A DNA stretch of 64,000 bases, from contig DASWYC010000002.1 in NCBI GenBank assembly GCA_036405175.1, positions 251,429 through 315,428 on the forward strand. Direction: 5' to 3'. Shown here in pieces: positions 58,510-64,000 of this stretch. The stretch is from Minisyncoccota bacterium (GTDB taxonomy: Bacteria > Patescibacteriota > Minisyncoccia > Phycocordibacterales > UBA1006). Both the position numbers and the translations under genes were made by a program. Every line of letters starts with the position of its first letter. Position 1 is the first letter of the stretch. The notes below the pieces were generated by a model. That model was not told where the DNA came from. It was given only the letters and a program-made list of their open reading frames with translations, and ran no database searches.

Positions 58510-59688
58510 TTACATGGTGCGTTTTAAAATTTCATCGATCTTTTCTGCAACTTCGCAAACACATTTTTCATCAAGACCCTGAGTGGTAACAAATGGTGTT
58601 CCAATACGGATTCCTGATGGATCCATAGGGCTACGTGTATCGTACGGAATAGTATTCATATTCACAATAATTCCCTCTTTCTCAAGTGCATCACTTGCAG
58701 CTTTCCCGGAAATTCCTTTTCCATTCATCCATGTATCAAGAATAAACAAATGAGTATCTGTTCCACCTGACACCACACGCCATCCAAGCTCTTCAAATTT
58801 TTGAGCCATTGCTTGAGCATTTTTGATAACCTGTTGGATATATTTTTTGTATTCTGGTGTTTGAGCTTCAGCAAGCGCCACTGCAACACCCGCAATTTGA
58901 TTCATATGTGGACCGCCCTGCATTCCGGGAAATACCGTCTTATCAATTTTTTGTGGAAGATTGCGCGTATCTTTTTTTGAAAAAATCATGGCACCACGTG
59001 GACCCCGCAATGTTTTATGAGTAGTAGTCATGACGGTATCTGCATATTCAAATGGTGATGATATTGCGCCCGTGGCAACCAATCCAGCAATGTGTGAAAT
59101 ATCCGCATGCAAGTACGCGCCAACGGAATCGGCAATATCACGCATGCGCTTCCAATCAATAGTGCGTGAATATGCTGTGTAGCCAGCAACTATGAGCGCA
59201 GGTTGTTCTGTTTGAGCAAGCGCCATCATGGCATCGTAATCCAAGAGCTCTGTTTCTTTGTTTAAAATATATGGAACTTGTTGCCAAAGTTTTCCGGTGA
59301 TTGATGCCTTATATCCATGGGTTAAGTGCCCACCTTGATCAAGTTGGAGTCCCATAATTTTTGAACCAACAGGAATAAGCGCGTGATACACCGCCATATT
59401 GGCCGGTGATCCAGAATAGGGCTGCACATTTACCGCCCATTTGTCATCGCTCAAACCAAATGCAGCCAATGCACGTTCTTTGCAGAGCTCCTCAAGCTCA
59501 TCAATATACTGGTTACCCGCATAGTACCGTGCTCCAGAATATCCTTCTGCATATTTATTTCCCAAGACCGACCCAACCGCCTCCATCACATCATCTGAAA
59601 CTACATTTTCTGATGCAATCAAATTAACCATGTCATATTGACGCTGTTGTTCCTGTTCGATTATCTTTTGAATCTGAGTATCCTTCAT
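58510..59688 (-). CDS. glyA: Serine hydroxymethyltransferase
   Basis: LIASEN, NKYAEGY, GGHLTHG, TTTHKTLRGPRG. Confidence 0.97.
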   Translation of the reverse strand: MKDTQIQKIIEQEQQRQYDMVNLIASENVVSDDVMEAVGSVLGNKYAEGYSGARYYAGNQYIDELEELCKERALAAFGLSDDKWAVNVQPYSGSPANMAVYHALIPVGSKIMGLQLDQGGHLTHGYKASITGKLWQQVPYILNKETELLDYDAMMALAQTEQPALIVAGYTAYSRTIDWKRMRDIADSVGAYLHADISHIAGLVATGAISSPFEYADTVMTTTHKTLRGPRGAMIFSKKDTRNLPQKIDKTVFPGMQGGPHMNQIAGVAVALAEAQTPEYKKYIQQVIKNAQAMAQKFEELGWRVVSGGTDTHLFILDTWMNGKGISGKAASDALEKEGIIVNMNTIPYDTRSPMDPSGIRIGTPFVTTQGLDEKCVCEVAEKIDEILKRTM

Positions 59689-59730
59689 ACGGCTCATTAT
59701 ACACAAAAAGACCCGCTTTGGGACTTTTTG

Positions 59731-60105
59731 CTATACCTCAGTATTTTGCTTACCATATTGTGCATGAGCTTCCGCCAATGCTTTCAAAAACATTTTCCAC
59801 TCCTCTGATTTAATATCTTCTGCTCGCTCCGCATTCCAACTATCTATATCCTGTTTATATGAAATATTCCGAGACCATTCCATATCTGATGCAACACTTA
59901 ATAAATCTTCAAAAATATTTGAATCAGAAATAGCATCAAATTGCAGACCAATCCCGGTCACTCTATACCCTACAAACTCTTCACTACATTCACCCTTATC
60001 CTTATATTCAACAAGCTTATCGCAATATTCTAAAAACAATTTAATCTGCTCGCGTTCAGGCGCTTCATGCATATGATTCCATATCTTTTCTAATTCTTCC
60101 TCCAT
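59731..60105 (-). CDS. Hypothetical protein
   Basis: 124-aa acidic ORF abutting the upstream gene. Confidence 0.6.
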   Translation of the reverse strand: MEEELEKIWNHMHEAPEREQIKLFLEYCDKLVEYKDKGECSEEFVGYRVTGIGLQFDAISDSNIFEDLLSVASDMEWSRNISYKQDIDSWNAERAEDIKSEEWKMFLKALAEAHAQYGKQNTEV

Positions 60106-60106
60106 A

Positions 60107-61213
60107 CTATTTTGAAAGCATAACTTTTAAAACCTTATCATCGCCCTCCTGCGGATCACCGCGTCCGTCTTTGTTTGATGTAGCAATAAGTAAACTGCCA
60201 TCTTTGAGTGAAGTAACAGCACGTAAACGTCCATAGGTATTAGCGAACATGGTAGAAAGCTCGCCAACTTTTCCTGAACTTGTGACTGGAACTACATATA
60301 ATGTTTTTCCTTTAAGTCCATTAAAATACAACTTTCCGTCTAGATATGCCAAGCTTGATGGTGCCCATGTGGTCGTTGCGCCGGAATGAAGTACTGGCAC
60401 ATGCATTCCTTCTTTTGTTTCATCTCCTTCAATTATCGGCCAACCGTAGTTACCGCCTTTCTCAATATAATTTAATTCATCATAGCCTGATTGAACTCCT
60501 GACCGCCCATGCTCAGTTGACCAAAGGCCGTCATTAGCATCCCACGCCAAGCCTTGTGGATTACGATGACCATATGAATACACCGCGTTCTTAAATGGAT
60601 TATCTATAGGAATACCACCATCATCTTTGATACGTAAAATCTTGCCACCAAGTGAATTAATATCCTGCGCAAGTTTTTCTTCACCCGCTTCGCCGGTTGC
60701 TATATACAAATATCCATCCGGACCAAATGCAATGCGCCCACCATTGTGCACCGAACCTGCAGGAATAGCATCAATAATAGTTTTTGCACCACTCACTGAT
60801 TTTCCATCAAACACATATCTCACTACACGATTCACTGTTTTATTATTTGCTTTGGTTGTGAAATATATATAGAGAAACTTGTTCTCTACAAACTTAGGGT
60901 GGAGCGCCATACCCAATAGTCCACCTTCACTTGTTTCAATAACACCAGGAATGTTAAAACTCACATTCGATCCAACAATATGCATACGTCCGTTACGTTC
61001 CGTTACTAAAATCTTTTTGTCAGGCAACTCAACCATTTCCCATGGCGTATCCAAGTTAGTTTCAATCTCTGTAACTTTTTGCTCTTGTACTGCGGAAGTA
61101 ACTGGTTCTGGGTTTATTAATTGTTTTTCAGTATCGGGGCGCAGTAAAAACCATGCGGTGATTCCAAGGATAATAATGATAATCAGGATGAGAATACGAG
61201 TGGTGCGATTCAT
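60107..61213 (-). CDS. PQQ-dependent sugar dehydrogenase family (GSDH)
   Basis: EGGLLG, HNGGRIAFGPDG, YGHRNPQG, NYGWP, GRLR. Confidence 0.92.
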   Translation of the reverse strand: MNRTTRILILIIIIILGITAWFLLRPDTEKQLINPEPVTSAVQEQKVTEIETNLDTPWEMVELPDKKILVTERNGRMHIVGSNVSFNIPGVIETSEGGLLGMALHPKFVENKFLYIYFTTKANNKTVNRVVRYVFDGKSVSGAKTIIDAIPAGSVHNGGRIAFGPDGYLYIATGEAGEEKLAQDINSLGGKILRIKDDGGIPIDNPFKNAVYSYGHRNPQGLAWDANDGLWSTEHGRSGVQSGYDELNYIEKGGNYGWPIIEGDETKEGMHVPVLHSGATTTWAPSSLAYLDGKLYFNGLKGKTLYVVPVTSSGKVGELSTMFANTYGRLRAVTSLKDGSLLIATSNKDGRGDPQEGDDKVLKVMLSK

Positions 61214-61277
61214 ATACATTCAGTATACGCTTCTCATCTGTATAAAAAACTACCAGACTTTTCATCTGGTAGCTTTT

Positions 61278-62186
61278 CTATTCTGCTTGCGCAGCGGCTT
61301 CAAGTGCAGCAATATCAAATTTTTTCATCTGCAAAAATGCCTGTGTCACACGATTAATCTTTTCCTGATCACCGCTTTGCATAATTTCTTCGATCATTGT
61401 TGGAGTAACTTGCCATGACACACCATACTTATCCTTGAGCCATCCGCATTGTTCAGATTCTGGAACGGCAGAAAGTTTTTCCCAATAGTAGTCAATTTCT
61501 TCTTGAGAATCGCATTTAATAAGTAAAGACACACCTTCATTAAAACTAAAGTCGTGCATCGTTTTCCCGCCATCCATAGCAGTAAGCCATGTATCTTCTA
61601 GCTTAAAATCAGTAAACATTACCTTGCTATCAGTATCAGGCGCAGCACCTTCTGGATAATATGCAATCGCTCCACGTTTACTGTCTTTAAATACTGAAAG
61701 ATAAAAATTAGTTGCTTCTTCTGCTTTACCAGAAACATCTTTTGTGAAAAGCAGTGATGGGAGTACGAGCGGACGCTCTTCGCCTTCCGGATTTGTAAGA
61801 ATCAGCTGCCATGACACACCAAATTTATCTTCTACCCATCCATAGCGCTTACTAAATGGATATTCACCAATCGGCATCATCACCTTTCCTCCTTCAGAAA
61901 TCTTTGACCATACCTCATCAAGTTTTTCTGCAGCATCTGCTTGCTGGGAAGGATCAAAATTCACCATAAATGAAATTGATGGATTGATTTTAAAATATGG
62001 ACCAGCACTAATAGCTTCAAACGGTGTTCCCATAACTTCAAATGAAACTATGTCGCAATCCCCTGATGGAGTCCCGGTAAGTTTACTGGTATGCGTTACC
62101 CGAGAGTTTGGAAATACTGATGCATAAAAGTTTGCAGCTTCAACCGCTTGTGTGTCAAACCAAAGATGAGGGATGATTTTTTTCAT
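61278..62186 (-). CDS. VOC/PhnB-like protein, tandem domains
   Basis: PHLWFD..A..A..FY, YGWVEDKFGVSWQ, CGWLKDKYGVSWQ. Confidence 0.9.
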   Translation of the reverse strand: MKKIIPHLWFDTQAVEAANFYASVFPNSRVTHTSKLTGTPSGDCDIVSFEVMGTPFEAISAGPYFKINPSISFMVNFDPSQQADAAEKLDEVWSKISEGGKVMMPIGEYPFSKRYGWVEDKFGVSWQLILTNPEGEERPLVLPSLLFTKDVSGKAEEATNFYLSVFKDSKRGAIAYYPEGAAPDTDSKVMFTDFKLEDTWLTAMDGGKTMHDFSFNEGVSLLIKCDSQEEIDYYWEKLSAVPESEQCGWLKDKYGVSWQVTPTMIEEIMQSGDQEKINRVTQAFLQMKKFDIAALEAAAQAE

Positions 62187-62226
62187 ATACCTCAAGTATA
62201 CAAAACTTTAGATCAAACTAACAAGA

Positions 62227-62847
62227 CTATTCTGATTTATTGGTATTATATTTCTTGCGTAAAAACTTAATTCCCTGATGAACAAGTGCAGCTATAATTG
62301 AAACAACGATTAAACCTAAAATGAATACTGTTGCACGTTCTCCAAAATACATCGTAAATAGTTTTCCTGCATACACGCCTACAATACCCCAGAGCATTGA
62401 ACCTAAAAAGCTGTAGATCATATAGCGTCTTGTTTGCACGCCTCGCACAGCCGCAAAAATTGATGGAGTTGAGCGAACAACCGGTATGAGCTTTCCAAAG
62501 ATAGTGATGAGTGCAATATGTCGATCAAAAAGATCCCACGACTTTTGATACTTCTCGCTTGTAACAATGGTTTGGATCCAGCGGATGTTTGTAAATCGCT
62601 TACCCAAGAAAAATCCTGTCATATCACCCAGAAAACTCGCAATACCAACAATGATACATGCCACTAGTGGTGTCATAATTCCACTTTCAGAAAGACTTCC
62701 TGCAAAAATAGCAATCGTGCCTCCAGGAAGTATTGATCCAATGACTGGCAAACCTTCTGCGTATGAGAAAAAGCCAAGAATACTCATTTGTTGCCATAGC
62801 GGCACCGTTTGCAGTAACGTAATGATAGATTGAGAAAAAGACTCCAT
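62227..62847 (-). CDS. DedA family membrane protein
   Basis: LPGGT, LGD..GFFLG, FGKLIPVVR. Confidence 0.88.
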   Translation of the reverse strand: MESFSQSIITLLQTVPLWQQMSILGFFSYAEGLPVIGSILPGGTIAIFAGSLSESGIMTPLVACIIVGIASFLGDMTGFFLGKRFTNIRWIQTIVTSEKYQKSWDLFDRHIALITIFGKLIPVVRSTPSIFAAVRGVQTRRYMIYSFLGSMLWGIVGVYAGKLFTMYFGERATVFILGLIVVSIIAALVHQGIKFLRKKYNTNKSE

Positions 62848-62878
62848 AGTATTTAGATTACCATGAAAGACCCTCTGT

Positions 62879-63370
62879 CTAAGATAAAGATTCAACTTCT
62901 TCAATCTCAAATTCTAAAATTTCAGAGGTATATTCTGAGCTAGAAGGCTTATCAAATAAAAATCTTCCTTTAAAGAATCCTTCATCGAGTAGATATGGAA
63001 ACCAATGTTCATCATCCGGCCACATCATATCAAACGGAATCTGATCAAGACGAAACCACTGCGGTCTCATTTCTTCTGTTTCAACTGGCTCACCGGTAAA
63101 GTTATAGATTTTAAATACATGCACTTCAAGCACTTTTTGTTCATTTTGATATTCAAAGTCTAGAATACCAGCTTTTTTAAGATCTTCTGTTTTTACAGTA
63201 AGTCCAACTTCTTCTTGAATCTCTCGCACTGCTGCCGATTCTATAGACTCGCCTTCATTTAATTTGCCACCAAAACCATTCCAGCGGCCCTCACCAAATC
63301 CACGCTTTTTAAAACCCAAAAGGATCTCGTCGCCCTTAAACACCATGCAGAGTGTGAGTTGTTTTTTCAT
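62879..63370 (-). CDS. NUDIX hydrolase, MTH1/8-oxo-dGTPase-like
   Basis: KKRGFGEGRWNGFGGK, Nudix box REIQEEVG, MWPDD. Confidence 0.92.
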   Translation of the reverse strand: MKKQLTLCMVFKGDEILLGFKKRGFGEGRWNGFGGKLNEGESIESAAVREIQEEVGLTVKTEDLKKAGILDFEYQNEQKVLEVHVFKIYNFTGEPVETEEMRPQWFRLDQIPFDMMWPDDEHWFPYLLDEGFFKGRFLFDKPSSSEYTSEILEFEIEEVESLS

Positions 63371-63411
63371 ATACGCGAATTATACATCAGACTTTAAACA
63401 TTTCTTTATAT

Positions 63412-63999
63412 TCATTTTTTTGCCTTGATGACGACATCACGCTCTATTCTGTCTATAATCTTCACTTCTTTAAAGCCAATCTCTCCTAGCATCCTCATGA
63501 GAACTCCTTCTTGTAACCTGTATTGATCCGTTGCATCTTCTATTTCGTGAGCGATTATAGCGGAAGCAACATCTTCTGGTAGATAACGAGAATAACGTTC
63601 ATTTTGTTTTTTCAATAAAATCTCTCCACCGGTATCAGGATATACCTTATCCATCAAGAAGAAATATCCTTCTGGAGTAAGACTTTCATAAATACTCCGA
63701 AGTAACGTTAACTGATCTACATGATTGAAGTTATGAATTGTCCAGCCAGAAAAGATAATATTGTATGAAGAGGCTTTTTCTAAATATTTATTTGCATCTT
63801 CGCAGATATACTCAGCCCTAGTGGTGAATTTGGATAACTTCTCCTTTGCGATATTAAGCATTTCTTGAGAAATATCCAATAGATCAATATGCGCTTTCGT
63901 ATGCTCAAAAACAGGAAACGCGGAGTCTCCTTCGCCAGTTCCGATTTCTAACACTCTATCTCCATCTTTATAAACTTTTTCAATCTCCTTTGCAGTCAT
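63412..63999 (-). CDS. Class I SAM-dependent methyltransferase (probably 5'-truncated by window edge)
   Basis: VLEIGTGEG, LDIS..ML, TIHN, LTPEG. Confidence 0.85.
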   Translation of the reverse strand: MTAKEIEKVYKDGDRVLEIGTGEGDSAFPVFEHTKAHIDLLDISQEMLNIAKEKLSKFTTRAEYICEDANKYLEKASSYNIIFSGWTIHNFNHVDQLTLLRSIYESLTPEGYFFLMDKVYPDTGGEILLKKQNERYSRYLPEDVASAIIAHEIEDATDQYRLQEGVLMRMLGEIGFKEVKIIDRIERDVVIKAKK

Positions 64000-64000
64000 A

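Noticed and set aside
1-64000. Alternative genetic code 25 (TGA=Gly) as in Gracilibacteria/Absconditabacteria
   Set aside because: Conserved genes are intact under code 11, and dprA and folD end at TGA.

Overview
Gene-dense, AT-rich bacterial chromosome segment using standard code 11 (TGA is a stop). It most likely comes from a Patescibacteria/CPR organism of Parcubacteria type. This is inferred from the gene content: comEC, dprA, rplI, a stand-alone tRNA-Ile, little biosynthesis and no Shine-Dalgarno motifs. Genes are almost all on + up to ~31 kb and almost all on - afterwards. Housekeeping genes include rpmA, rplI, rpsP, serS, glyA, folD, dnaX, nth, rsmI, PBP2, dus and msrB. Highlights: (1) a three-gene DNA methyltransferase / Z1-helicase / nuclease-like operon that is a candidate defence system; (2) a probable XYP-family cyclodipeptide synthase between nth and rsmI; (3) two contrasting expression architectures, with most genes apparently leaderless (-10 box 6-9 nt before ATG) while about a dozen scattered, mostly orphan genes each have a -35/-10 promoter, an AAAACC-containing leader and a terminator, some encoding Bacteroidota-like secreted or beta-rich proteins; (4) an unannotated 44-aa histone-H1-like protein facing a very acidic protein; (5) candidate sRNAs, a two-copy REP-like hairpin and a C-type-lectin adhesin. 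All protein calls come from motif recognition by eye; no database search was run.
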